The notes under the pieces were generated by a model, which was not told where the DNA came from, made no database searches, and saw nothing but the letters and a program-made list of their open reading frames with translations. From positions 1 through 54,248 of IMG/VR virus record IMGVR_UViG_3300042695_000876: a stretch of 54,248 nt of DNA. One strand, 5' to 3'. A program made the translations under genes and the position numbers. Shown here piece after piece: positions 27,681 through 36,194 of this stretch (position 1 is the first letter of the stretch; every line of letters begins with the position of its first letter). The stretch is from a virus. Taxonomy: Duplodnaviria > Caudoviricetes.

Positions 27681-27872
27681 ATGACACACAAGTTTGAAGT
27701 CTGTACTATCGAGTCTGAAGCTGGCTGGGGTCAACGTAGAGAATACGAACTATTCGATACGTTTGAAGAAGCTGCCTCTTATCGAGATCGTATCAATTCG
27801 TTCAATAAACCTGGCCCCGCACCAGAATGGTACATGATCGCCGAACAAGAAATTAGAGTTGTGGAGAAGTAA
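27681..27872 (+). CDS. Hypothetical protein
   Basis: AAAGGA RBS; ESEAGWGQR...APEWY motif. Confidence 0.65.
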   Translation: MTHKFEVCTIESEAGWGQRREYELFDTFEEAASYRDRINSFNKPGPAPEWYMIAEQEIRVVEK

Positions 27873-28322
27873 ATGCTCGTAGTATTCGATATTGATGGAA
27901 CACTAGCTAATATCGAGCATCGTCTAGACTATGTTCGTAGTAAACCAAAGAACTGGAAAGCGTTCGACGCTGGTATTCCAAATGATGCCGTGAATCCGTA
28001 TGTAGCAGAAGCATTTCACTCGCTGAAGGCTGCCGGTAACGATATCATCTTTGCAAGCGGGCGCAACGAGCGTAGCCGTGATGCTACTATGAAGTGGTTG
28101 CAGGACAATCGCTTTTGGAACTACACTGCCAAACTCTACATGCGCAAAGCAGACGACTTCCGTGGAGACGACATCGTGAAGCAGGAAATCCTGGATCAGA
28201 TCATCGCTGACTACGGTCGTAAGCCTGACATGGTGTTTGATGACCGTCCACGAGTGGTTCGCATGTGGCGTGATAACGGCATCTTTGTTTTCAACGTATA
28301 TCAAGGTGATGAGGACTTCTAA
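27873..28322 (+). CDS. HAD phosphatase, polynucleotide 3'-phosphatase domain of PseT type
   Basis: FDIDGTLA, SGR, LYMR..DD.R.D..VK, FDDRPRVV.MWR. Confidence 0.85.
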   Translation: MLVVFDIDGTLANIEHRLDYVRSKPKNWKAFDAGIPNDAVNPYVAEAFHSLKAAGNDIIFASGRNERSRDATMKWLQDNRFWNYTAKLYMRKADDFRGDDIVKQEILDQIIADYGRKPDMVFDDRPRVVRMWRDNGIFVFNVYQGDEDF

Positions 28323-28531
28323 TGGAATTCAAAATTAAAGTAAGTCGCGATAATCTTTACATTGCAGCAATCATGTTTATGTTTGGAGCATTTACATATT
28401 CAGTGCTGGATTATCTTGGTACACCAAGTGTAGAAGAAACTGCAGCATGGAAAGCAAAAGAAGAACTCGAAATGGAAACTGAAGCTAAAATGGCAGAGAT
28501 TTTGCTTCAAGCAAGGTGTTCAAACCAATGA
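28322..28531 (+). CDS. Small membrane protein
   Basis: One TM helix. Confidence 0.55.
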   Translation: MEFKIKVSRDNLYIAAIMFMFGAFTYSVLDYLGTPSVEETAAWKAKEELEMETEAKMAEILLQARCSNQ

Positions 28532-29064
28532 CTAAGCCTATTTGTTATGTAATGGTCGGCCTGCCTGCTACTGGCAAGTCGACTGTTGTGTCTAGCATGC
28601 ACAAGGATGCTCAGACCTTTATCTATAGCACTGATAACTACATCGAAAAGCATATGCTTGATGAGGGTTATTCGACCTATGATGAAGCATTCGAACACAT
28701 GATCGATGAAGCTACTCGTGAAATGAATGTTGAGCTCAGCAAGATGATCGAGTGGAAGAACGATGTTATCTGGGATCAGACTAACCTCGGTGTTGGTAAG
28801 CGTCGTAAGATCATCAACCGTATGCGTCAAGCTGGTTATCAGCTGCGTTGTGTATGCATCATTCCTCCAGAAGTTGGTCATATCAGTGATATGACGGATT
28901 GGAAGGTTCGTTTGGAAAGCCGTCCTGGCAAAACTATCCCTGCGGATATCATGTCAAAGATGTATTCTGGATATGTGACTCCTACTATCGATGAAGGCTT
29001 TGACATGATCACCTTCTATAACATGCACGGTGCCCTCTTGTGCATCGATTATGGTGCTGAATAA
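28528..29064 (+). CDS. AAA_33 P-loop kinase, polynucleotide kinase domain of PseT type
   Basis: MVGLPATGKST, STD, WDQTNL..RR, RPGKTIP. Confidence 0.8.
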   Translation: MTKPICYVMVGLPATGKSTVVSSMHKDAQTFIYSTDNYIEKHMLDEGYSTYDEAFEHMIDEATREMNVELSKMIEWKNDVIWDQTNLGVGKRRKIINRMRQAGYQLRCVCIIPPEVGHISDMTDWKVRLESRPGKTIPADIMSKMYSGYVTPTIDEGFDMITFYNMHGALLCIDYGAE

Positions 29065-29072
29065 AAAAACAG

Positions 29073-29101
29073 TTGACATTCTACCTAACAGTGATTATAT
29101 T
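29073..29101 (+). promoter_or_regulatory. Sigma70-type early promoter
   Basis: A-tract, TTGACA-N17-TATATT. Confidence 0.7.
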
Positions 29102-29134
29102 GATTCTGTAAAGTAGATCCATTGGAGGAATAAA

Positions 29135-29344
29135 ATGGACTGGATTATGTACACCGTCGGCGTTGTGGTCCACATCTGGGCTCCGCTTACTATTGTAGGT
29201 CTCATCTTGCTTTTTGATAGACCAGAAGTAAAAATGGGATTGCAGAAATGGCAACTCAGTGGTAAATTTTTTATTCCGTGGATTGGCGTTCTTGCCTTCT
29301 GGATGTGGTACTTTTTTTGGATAAGAGAACAAAAAAACAGTTGA
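29135..29344 (+). CDS. Small membrane protein (two TM helices)
   Basis: GGAGG RBS; two hydrophobic segments. Confidence 0.6.
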   Translation: MDWIMYTVGVVVHIWAPLTIVGLILLFDRPEVKMGLQKWQLSGKFFIPWIGVLAFWMWYFFWIREQKNS

Positions 29345-29368
29345 CATTTTGTGATTATTGATTATATT
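29341..29368 (+). promoter_or_regulatory. Sigma70-type early promoter
   Basis: A-tract, TTGACA-N16-TATATT. Confidence 0.7.
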
Positions 29369-29406
29369 AATCATATGAAAACAATCAAGAAAGGATTGAT
29401 TATACT

Positions 29407-29727
29407 ATGAGTTCGAATGTAAAAATTGGTTTGTATACCGCAGGTGGTATTGTTGGCCTCGGGCTTCTTACTTGGGGCGGTATCTATGTTAATGGATACT
29501 TTAATGCTGAACGTGAAGCACAACGAACTAAAGTGTTTCAAGAATCGCAAGCATACACTGATGGTATGAAACTGCAGCTGAACAACCTGTTCCTCGAGTA
29601 TCAAAAAGCAGACACTGCCGGTAAGATTGGTATCTCGAATGTTGTTCGCGATGTCTTTGCTGGTGTTGATACTACTAGCTTCCCTCCTCATCTTCAGCAA
29701 TTTCTTGTCACCGTAGGGGCTCGATAA
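29407..29727 (+). CDS. Membrane-anchored protein
   Basis: N-terminal TM helix, then R.KVFQESQAY.DG. Confidence 0.65.
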   Translation: MSSNVKIGLYTAGGIVGLGLLTWGGIYVNGYFNAEREAQRTKVFQESQAYTDGMKLQLNNLFLEYQKADTAGKIGISNVVRDVFAGVDTTSFPPHLQQFLVTVGAR

Positions 29728-29728
29728 T

Positions 29729-30259
29729 ATGAAAAAGTTTCTTATTGCATCTTCAATTGTTGCAATGACCGCAAATGCTGCAAATGCTTTCTTTTTTGAT
29801 TCAGCTCCTGCCTCTACAGATGAAGCTGTGGCCGATCAGATGGAAAAACTCTTGAAGGAAGGCGAACGCCAAACTGGCCTGCCGGCTATCACAAACTTCA
29901 CTGAGAAGCGTATGGTTAAGTGGCTGTATGAGTTGCGTGATCAACCAAACTATCGCACTTACACTTATATCGTAACGATGAACGGTGCGCTGGTTAAGAT
30001 TTGCGACTCAGTTGGATACGGCATTAACGCTTCTATTCAATATAGCAACCCTGAAAAAATGGTGCATGATCAAGGACCAAGCGGTCGGTCTGCAGCGTTT
30101 ATGCCTCAAGCAGAACCCAATGGTCTCTTTATGCCTGAAGGTCTTGCCGCTACATACGTTATGTGCGTAGACGGCGAAAAAGACGACGTAAAAGCTGTTT
30201 ATATTGAACCAGAGATCATCGTTAGCCCGATTGAACTCGATAATATCAACAAACAATAA
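29729..30259 (+). CDS. Secreted/periplasmic protein
   Basis: Signal peptide ending ANA; QAEPNGLFMP...TYVMC...YIEP motif. Confidence 0.65.
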   Translation: MKKFLIASSIVAMTANAANAFFFDSAPASTDEAVADQMEKLLKEGERQTGLPAITNFTEKRMVKWLYELRDQPNYRTYTYIVTMNGALVKICDSVGYGINASIQYSNPEKMVHDQGPSGRSAAFMPQAEPNGLFMPEGLAATYVMCVDGEKDDVKAVYIEPEIIVSPIELDNINKQ

Positions 30260-30283
30260 AACTTATTCAAGGATTATGAAATA

Positions 30284-30475
30284 ATGGCTATCTATGCAAT
30301 GTTAGGTATGGCTGTGGTTGCAGCTATCTTTGCTGCTGGCGCTACATGGATTGTACGTAGCGTCAGCTTTAAACCTATGAAACCTCGATACGAATATAAG
30401 ACTGACGAAGCTGGTAATGAATATGTACAAGACAACTCAATGAAATCTAAGGATGAACACGATGAGAAAGCCTGA
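30284..30475 (+). CDS. Small membrane protein
   Basis: N-terminal TM helix. Confidence 0.55.
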   Translation: MAIYAMLGMAVVAAIFAAGATWIVRSVSFKPMKPRYEYKTDEAGNEYVQDNSMKSKDEHDEKA

Positions 30476-31418
30476 ACGCTACGACTTTAATAAACCCGAA
30501 GAATATCGGGATGCTTTGGTAAAATATGATAATTACATGAGGAAATTTAAAATGAATGCTATCGTTGGTGGTACTTTTGCTACTCTTATCGGTCTTACGG
30601 CTCTCACTGTTATCGGTGGATCGTGGTACACTGTTGGTGAAGGTTACCGTGGTGTAGCTCTGCGAAACGGTGCTGTGATTGGAACTGCTGAACCCGGACT
30701 TGGTTTCAAGATGCCGATTATCGACTCTGTGGTCGATATTAGCGTTCAATCGCAAGCTCAGTTGTATGAGAACATCCTTGCTTATTCGCGAGATCAACAA
30801 ACTGCAGGTTTGAACCTGTCTGTTAACTATCGCTTCCCTGCAGATCAAGTCGAGACGATCTATCGTGAATACGGTGGCGAAGCCGGTGTTATCTCGCGTC
30901 TGCTTGATCGTCAGGTGCTCGAAGAAGTGAAGAACATCTTTGGTAAGTTTAACGCATCGACTGCTATCCAGGAACGTGAACGTCTCGCTGCAGAAGTGCA
31001 GATGGCTATTCAGAAAGCTGTGATTGGTCCGATCATTGTTGAGTCTGTTCAGATTGAAAACATTGACTTCTCTGACGCGTATGAAAACTCGATTGAAGCT
31101 CGTATGCTCGCCGAAGTCGAAGTTCAGAAGGTTCGTCAGAACGCAGAACGTGAAAAGGTTACCGCTGAGATTACTGTGATCCAGGCACAAGCAGAAGCTG
31201 ATGCTCAACTTGCTCGAGCAACGGCAGAAGCAGAAGCTACTCGTATCCGCGGGGAAGCAGAAGCATCGGCCATTAAGGCAAAGGCAGAAGCTTTGAAAGA
31301 CAATGCTGGTCTGATTGCGCTGACACAAGCTGAAAAGTGGAATGGCCAACTACCCACCACTATGATCCCTGGATCGACTGTTCCTTTCATGGATGTAGCA
31401 ACTAAGCCTGCTCAGTAA
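30453..31418 (+). CDS. SPFH/band 7 (prohibitin-like) membrane protein
   Basis: TM helix, YTVGEGYRGV, PGLGFKMP, IDFSDAYENSIE, AQAEA coiled coil, EKWNGQLP; start may be 30462 or 30552. Confidence 0.9.
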   Translation: MNTMRKPERYDFNKPEEYRDALVKYDNYMRKFKMNAIVGGTFATLIGLTALTVIGGSWYTVGEGYRGVALRNGAVIGTAEPGLGFKMPIIDSVVDISVQSQAQLYENILAYSRDQQTAGLNLSVNYRFPADQVETIYREYGGEAGVISRLLDRQVLEEVKNIFGKFNASTAIQERERLAAEVQMAIQKAVIGPIIVESVQIENIDFSDAYENSIEARMLAEVEVQKVRQNAEREKVTAEITVIQAQAEADAQLARATAEAEATRIRGEAEASAIKAKAEALKDNAGLIALTQAEKWNGQLPTTMIPGSTVPFMDVATKPAQ

Positions 31419-31437
31419 TCGAGAAAAAAAGTGAAAG

Positions 31438-31493
31438 AAAAGAGCGCTTCGGCGCTCTTTTTTGTTGACATTCGTTTTGAAATAGTTTATGCT
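31438..31493 (+). terminator. UUCG terminator fused directly to an early promoter
   Basis: AAAAGAGCGC-TTCG-GCGCTCTTTT, then TTGACA 31465-N17-TATGCT. Confidence 0.85.
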
Positions 31494-31513
31494 GATTCTA
31501 TAAGGAGAATCTT

Positions 31514-31690
31514 ATGTATAAAGTTCATCACGTGTTTCCAACAACCGGCGAATGGGGTTGCACACAAGTTGATACACTGTGCGAGGCTCATGCTTGGTAT
31601 CAGTGCAAACTTGCTGGAAAGACAGTCCTGAATCGTGTAGTGACTCTCTTTGGTCCAAACGACGAAGTGATCATGAAAGTAGAAAAATGA
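31514..31690 (+). CDS. Small hypothetical protein (58 aa, not in ORF track)
   Basis: AAGGAG RBS after the promoter; MYKVHHVFPTTGEWGC...IMKVEK. Confidence 0.65.
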   Translation: MYKVHHVFPTTGEWGCTQVDTLCEAHAWYQCKLAGKTVLNRVVTLFGPNDEVIMKVEK

Positions 31691-32208
31691 CTGTCTTGCA
31701 ACACCTTCACTCTCGCTACTTTGATACGAAACTTCATACTCATTGGGTAGATGAAGAAGAAGGTGTTGCAACTTTTCCTCTGTGGAATTTAACTGGCCAG
31801 ATGGTTGGCTATCAACAATATCGTCCTTCTGCAACTAAAAAGAAGGACAATCATCCTCGCGAGTCTCGTTACTTTACTTGGAGAAAAGATAAAGTAGTTG
31901 GCATCTGGGGGCTTGAGTCGTGGAAACTATCTAACACACTCTTTATAACTGAAGGAACATTCGATGCATGCAGACTTACTTCTCGCGGCTTTAGTGCTGT
32001 CGCTCTTCTTTCTAACGATATCGATGCTTCTACAAGAAAGTGGATATTCATTGTTAAAAAGCATAGGCCTGTCGTTTCTGTATGTGACAACGATGCTGCT
32101 GGCCTCAGGCTTGCTAAGCATGGTCATACTTCCCATGTAGTGGAAAGTGGAGATCTTGGAGACGCATCTGATGAATATATTTCAAATTTTTTGAAAAAAT
32201 ACAGTTGA
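31687..32208 (+). CDS. Stand-alone Toprim (DnaG-like) domain protein
   Basis: FPLWNLTGQMVGYQ, LFITEGTFDA, AVALL, VCDNDAAG; no zinc-binding domain; ATG overlaps the previous stop. Confidence 0.75.
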   Translation: MTVLQHLHSRYFDTKLHTHWVDEEEGVATFPLWNLTGQMVGYQQYRPSATKKKDNHPRESRYFTWRKDKVVGIWGLESWKLSNTLFITEGTFDACRLTSRGFSAVALLSNDIDASTRKWIFIVKKHRPVVSVCDNDAAGLRLAKHGHTSHVVESGDLGDASDEYISNFLKKYS

Positions 32209-32251
32209 CATTTCTTCCAGAATGATTATATTAATAATATAAGCAACGGAG
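32204..32251 (+). promoter_or_regulatory. Early promoter cassette
   Basis: GTTGACATTTCTTCCAGAATGATTATATTAATAATATAAG followed by a GGAGA RBS. Confidence 0.85.
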
Positions 32252-32257
32252 AATAAC

Positions 32258-32527
32258 ATGTCTATCGCGATCATCACACCTGAAGAAGTTGACGTTGACG
32301 TTTGCTACGGTGACTTCGACGGTTCGTATACGAAAACGATTTATGTAGTTGACTTCTTTAAAGGCCATGTAGGTATGCCTAACGGTGAATACGACACTAC
32401 CATGTATATCAAGACCGAACACGATGCTAAGATGATGGCTCGTCTGTGGGAACTCGGTATGACTGGTCGTGGCGAGTACAACGAGATCACCTTCAACGAA
32501 ATCTTCGAAGATGTAGAGTTTGAATAA
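32258..32527 (+). CDS. Hypothetical early protein
   Basis: First gene after the promoter cassette; GGAG RBS. Confidence 0.65.
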   Translation: MSIAIITPEEVDVDVCYGDFDGSYTKTIYVVDFFKGHVGMPNGEYDTTMYIKTEHDAKMMARLWELGMTGRGEYNEITFNEIFEDVEFE

Positions 32528-32528
32528 G

Positions 32529-33659
32529 ATGCGCTATCAGTTTCCTGAAATCCGCCACATATCTGACGTCCTTCCTCACATCGAAGGTCGTGCCGAGTTT
32601 GTTGTAGCAGAGCGCGAAGGCTATACTGTTATCAACTACGTCGTTGCGATGGCGGATACCTTCAACATGACTGGCCCGGACGACATCGCCGGTGCAATCC
32701 GTCGCGAATGCCGTGGTCTTATCTTTGACCGTGATGGCAACCTCATGAGCCGCCCGTTCCACAAGTTCTTCAACGTGAACGAGCGTGAAGAGACTCAGAC
32801 TCATGTAGTCGACATGTCTCAGCACCACGTAATCATGGAAAAGATGGATGGTTCTATGATCCGTCCGATCCTGGTTGATGGATATCTGCGTCTCGCTACC
32901 AAGATGGGCGTGACTGACGTTGCTATGCAGGCTGAAACTTGGCTTGCTTCTCGTGACCCTTCTATGAAGGAGTGGCTACGCCAGTGTGTTGAGACCAGCG
33001 TTACTCCTATCTTTGAGTGGGTAAGCCCTTTCAACCAGATCGTTCTTGCTTACGACGAAGCAGACCTCGTGTATCTTGGTACTCGTTGTAACACGTCAGG
33101 TTGGTATATGATGGACTCTTCTTGTCCGTTTAATCGCGTTCGTACCTATGGTTCTGTCGAAGGTACCATGGGAGACTACGTTGCTCGCCAGCGTGAGTCT
33201 GAAGGGCGTGAGGGTGACATCATCCGCTTTGCCGATGGTCATATGCTGAAGGTGAAGAACGACTGGTATGTGCGTATCCACAAGACTATGGAACGTATCA
33301 CGTTTGATCGTAACATTGTGGATCTGATCGTTAACGAAGAAGTTGACGACGTGATGCCGATGTTACCTGTTATTCAAGCTAACCGTGTTCGTAACTTTGA
33401 AATTCGTTTCTGGAATGCGTTCAAAGTAAAAGAAGACCAACTTCTTGCGGATCGTGATATTGTAAACCAATTATATGATAACGACCGTAAGCGTGTTGCC
33501 CTTGAGTACATTCCGAAGCTGGAAGACAAAGCAGACGCTCCTTTCATCTTCCGTATGGTTGGCGGTAGTGATATTCGTGAGCTGATGTTGGATCATGTTC
33601 GTAAGAGCATCAACACCAACGTCAAGTGGGATGAATGTGCAAAGTGGATGGGTATGTAA
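32529..33659 (+). CDS. rnlA: RNA ligase 1 (T4 Rnl1/gp63 family)
   Basis: RECRGLIF, RPFHKFFN, EKMDGS (motif I), FEWVSP.NQIV, EG, KVKNDWY. Confidence 0.92.
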   Translation: MRYQFPEIRHISDVLPHIEGRAEFVVAEREGYTVINYVVAMADTFNMTGPDDIAGAIRRECRGLIFDRDGNLMSRPFHKFFNVNEREETQTHVVDMSQHHVIMEKMDGSMIRPILVDGYLRLATKMGVTDVAMQAETWLASRDPSMKEWLRQCVETSVTPIFEWVSPFNQIVLAYDEADLVYLGTRCNTSGWYMMDSSCPFNRVRTYGSVEGTMGDYVARQRESEGREGDIIRFADGHMLKVKNDWYVRIHKTMERITFDRNIVDLIVNEEVDDVMPMLPVIQANRVRNFEIRFWNAFKVKEDQLLADRDIVNQLYDNDRKRVALEYIPKLEDKADAPFIFRMVGGSDIRELMLDHVRKSINTNVKWDECAKWMGM

Positions 33660-33662
33660 GCT

Positions 33663-33971
33663 ATGAACCTCGAAGCGTTCCTCGCTGACGATGATCCCGT
33701 TGTCTGGGGTTCAAACGTAGAAAAAGAAGTGCGGCGGCGGATTAAACTATCTATCGCCGCCTACGCGTATGAATTCCGAGATGAACAAATCATCTCAGAC
33801 GCAGAATTTGATAAAATGTGTTTAGAAGTTGATTTAAAGGTTGACACCGGCAACAAATTGATGGATAATTACTTTAAGACTAGTTTTGATCCATCAACTG
33901 GCCAGTGGATTCATCAACACCCTGAACTTCATAAGATTATCCAACTATATGAAAGGTTTTATAATAAATGA
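33663..33971 (+). CDS. Stand-alone NAD+-binding Ia-like domain of NAD-dependent DNA ligases
   Basis: AAYAYEFRDEQIISDAEFD resembles the ligase Ia motif YY..D.P.ISDAEYD; no catalytic KxDG. Confidence 0.65.
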   Translation: MNLEAFLADDDPVVWGSNVEKEVRRRIKLSIAAYAYEFRDEQIISDAEFDKMCLEVDLKVDTGNKLMDNYFKTSFDPSTGQWIHQHPELHKIIQLYERFYNK

Positions 33972-34291
33972 CATACACTCCTGATAACTGGGTTGTCATT
34001 AAATTGAAAGGTGACGACCCTCACTATCGTGTTCTTGCAGGGTGGTCCGGTGGCTACACTACTGGCGACTCTTGGCGTATGAACTCTGGTATTACTCGAG
34101 TCGAAGAGACTGAGTTTTTGTATCGCTTCTACGGTTCAAGTGGGTCTTGCTATGAATGCAACAAGAAGTCATATTGTCTTCGTAAGAACAACGCCCATGT
34201 GTGGTCGGGTTTAAAAGCTCAGCACGGTGACGATGTGGAGATGATGCCAGAAGATACTGACTGGCTTAACATGGATTGGATCATAAAATGA
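33968..34291 (+). CDS. Conserved hypothetical protein (paralog of 23806-24147)
   Basis: Near-identical N-terminal 40 aa; shared GSSGSCY.C.K.SY.LR.NN.HVW. Confidence 0.75.
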   Translation: MTYTPDNWVVIKLKGDDPHYRVLAGWSGGYTTGDSWRMNSGITRVEETEFLYRFYGSSGSCYECNKKSYCLRKNNAHVWSGLKAQHGDDVEMMPEDTDWLNMDWIIK

Positions 34292-34659
34292 GACTAATTG
34301 ACAACCTCAAGGCTGTAGAAACCCACAATCGTCGGTATATTGCAGAACCTCTGCATACAATCAAGTTAACTCTTGAACGAGAACCTGTCTCAAGTCCAAT
34401 TAGATTCGCAAAAGAATATGCAATCACTGTTACTATTGGTACTAATCAGTGGATCGCAGAAGATCTTGTTAGATCGTCTCAAGGTCAAGTAGTTGTAAAT
34501 GCAGTGCAACATATGAAGCATGCTATCGTTGAACACGTGTATGGCGAACTGCGTAGAGATCTATTTGATTTGCAGATGGAAATGCGTAACGAGATGAACT
34601 ACTATGTTAGTCCCTCACAGCAGAAACTTGTCAAAATTATAGAGAAGATTACACTTTAA
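34288..34659 (+). CDS. Hypothetical protein
   Basis: ATGA overlap with the previous gene. Confidence 0.6.
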   Translation: MRLIDNLKAVETHNRRYIAEPLHTIKLTLEREPVSSPIRFAKEYAITVTIGTNQWIAEDLVRSSQGQVVVNAVQHMKHAIVEHVYGELRRDLFDLQMEMRNEMNYYVSPSQQKLVKIIEKITL

Positions 34660-34662
34660 GGG

Positions 34663-34691
34663 TTTACATTTTAAACGATATAGTTTATATT
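34663..34691 (+). promoter_or_regulatory. Early promoter (GTTTAC variant)
   Basis: TTTACA-N17-TATATT. Confidence 0.65.
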
Positions 34692-34715
34692 GTTATTGTA
34701 AACACGGAGACCGAC

Positions 34716-34988
34716 ATGACTAAGAATCGTTTGACTTATAAAAACAACTGGGAATCTGACGAATACTATGTTAATGGTGAACAAGTTTTTGACATTAAGT
34801 CTGTAGAGATTAATGGTAGGGTGCTTCCTGTTCGTAAGAGTAAAGTCTCAGTGACATATTCAGACCACGGCCATTTGTATGATGCGATTTCCGATCACTT
34901 CTTTATCTACACAGAAGCTGACGGTATTGAGTTCGAACGTGACTTGAACGAACTTTGTGATACGCACAAAGTATACTTTTTGGAGTGA
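34716..34988 (+). CDS. Hypothetical protein
   Basis: GGAG RBS; ORF track. Confidence 0.65.
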   Translation: MTKNRLTYKNNWESDEYYVNGEQVFDIKSVEINGRVLPVRKSKVSVTYSDHGHLYDAISDHFFIYTEADGIEFERDLNELCDTHKVYFLE

Positions 34989-34990
34989 TT

Positions 34991-35335
34991 ATGGAAGATA
35001 CTGATTGGAGACCTAGCCCTTGTCCACTTTGTGGAGAAATGCGTGAAGCAGCACGAAATCCTGTGTGTCGCAATGTTGATTGCGTTAACGATGTAGCAAA
35101 GAGGCATTTGAGAACTATAAAAACTGAAAAACATTATATCTGGAGCAAACTAGGGCATGCTCTAGTTATGGTGGATGATCTAGAATGGCTTTACAGAAAT
35201 CCTGAATTTGATTCTAAGGCTGATAAAATCTACGAGTTGGGTCCAGAAATCAAAATTGAAATGGTTGTAAAAGTAATTCCTGCTAAACCGATTACTCGTG
35301 GGCATGAAGGGGCAAATAACTATGGGTCTTACTAA
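34991..35335 (+). CDS. Hypothetical protein with N-terminal Cys4 zinc-finger-like motif
   Basis: CPLC...C.NVDC. Confidence 0.55.
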   Translation: MEDTDWRPSPCPLCGEMREAARNPVCRNVDCVNDVAKRHLRTIKTEKHYIWSKLGHALVMVDDLEWLYRNPEFDSKADKIYELGPEIKIEMVVKVIPAKPITRGHEGANNYGSY

Positions 35336-35371
35336 AGATGTGTATTGCGGACATGAAGGAGCGGATCACTA

Positions 35372-35749
35372 ATGGGTATCAACATGCATGTCTACACCGT
35401 CTATGGTGTGAAACTTCCTTGGGATGATTCTTTCTACGAAGCATACGAAGAGATTGAAGAAGCACTCATGGACGAGTTTGGTTATGGTAAGCCGCAACCT
35501 GCTGACCGTCAAATTGATGCAATCATGGATGGTATGATGAGTGAGTATATGGTTTTCGGCACCAGGTTATACGACTCTGGTGACTTTCGTTATTGTGACC
35601 ATATGAATAACTTTCAAGAGATTAACATAGACGGTCTTTATATTAGTTGGCTCGACTACAAAGAGCAGTTTGCAAGACTGTATCCGGACCACGTTCACAT
35701 ACTTGAAGGTGTAGAGCCTAAACTGATAAATTTCATTCACTACAGCTAA
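35372..35749 (+). CDS. Hypothetical protein
   Basis: AAGGAG RBS; ORF track. Confidence 0.65.
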   Translation: MGINMHVYTVYGVKLPWDDSFYEAYEEIEEALMDEFGYGKPQPADRQIDAIMDGMMSEYMVFGTRLYDSGDFRYCDHMNNFQEINIDGLYISWLDYKEQFARLYPDHVHILEGVEPKLINFIHYS

Positions 35750-35771
35750 GTGATTGATTTCTAACGAAAAG

Positions 35772-35849
35772 AAAAATGCGCTTAGGTGCATTTTTTTGTT
35801 TACATTCGTTCTGATATAGTATAGATTGATAATATAAGGAACGAGAGGA
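35772..35849 (+). promoter_or_regulatory. Terminator hairpin fused to an early promoter cassette
   Basis: AAAAATGCGC-TTAG-GTGCATTTTT, TTTACA 35799-N17-TAGATT, ATAATATAAGGAACGAGAGGA. Confidence 0.75.
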
Positions 35850-35856
35850 TACCGAG

Positions 35857-36033
35857 ATGAAAACGTATCGTGTTTGGGGAGAATATGGTCCTGTTGCATG
35901 TATGGCCATTGAATACTCCGTTCACTCAGAGTCACGTGAAGATGCTCGCAGACAGGCTGTGGAACTGTTGAAAGCAACAGACTATTGGGATCGCATTGGC
36001 GAACGCAACGTTTATGTGGAGGAAATGAAATGA
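35857..36033 (+). CDS. Small hypothetical protein (58 aa, not in ORF track)
   Basis: GAGGA RBS; MKTYRVWGEY...VYVEEMK. Confidence 0.65.
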   Translation: MKTYRVWGEYGPVACMAIEYSVHSESREDARRQAVELLKATDYWDRIGERNVYVEEMK

Positions 36034-36194
36034 CCTTCGATCGTAACTGGCTCGAAGATAAAGTAGAACCTCTGGCTCGTATGTTAGCAGCTGAAAAGAT
36101 GGGTCTTACCAAAGATGTTTATGGTGAGAATCAGAAGTATGAACTGTGGAGCCAGTGTATTCCAGAGGCTCGTAAACAATTGGGATTAGAATGA
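36030..36194 (+). CDS. Small hypothetical protein
   Basis: GGAGG RBS; MTFDRNWLE start. Confidence 0.6.
   Translation: MTFDRNWLEDKVEPLARMLAAEKMGLTKDVYGENQKYELWSQCIPEARKQLGLE

Noticed and set aside
30447-31349. 300-aa minus-strand ORF
   Set aside because: Lies wholly antisense to the SPFH gene, has no RBS or recognisable motifs, and is the expected shadow of biased codon usage.
35747-35759. IHF-consensus match TAAGTGATTGATT upstream of a promoter cassette
   Set aside because: A single match to a short degenerate AT-rich motif is expected by chance; not seen at the other cassettes.
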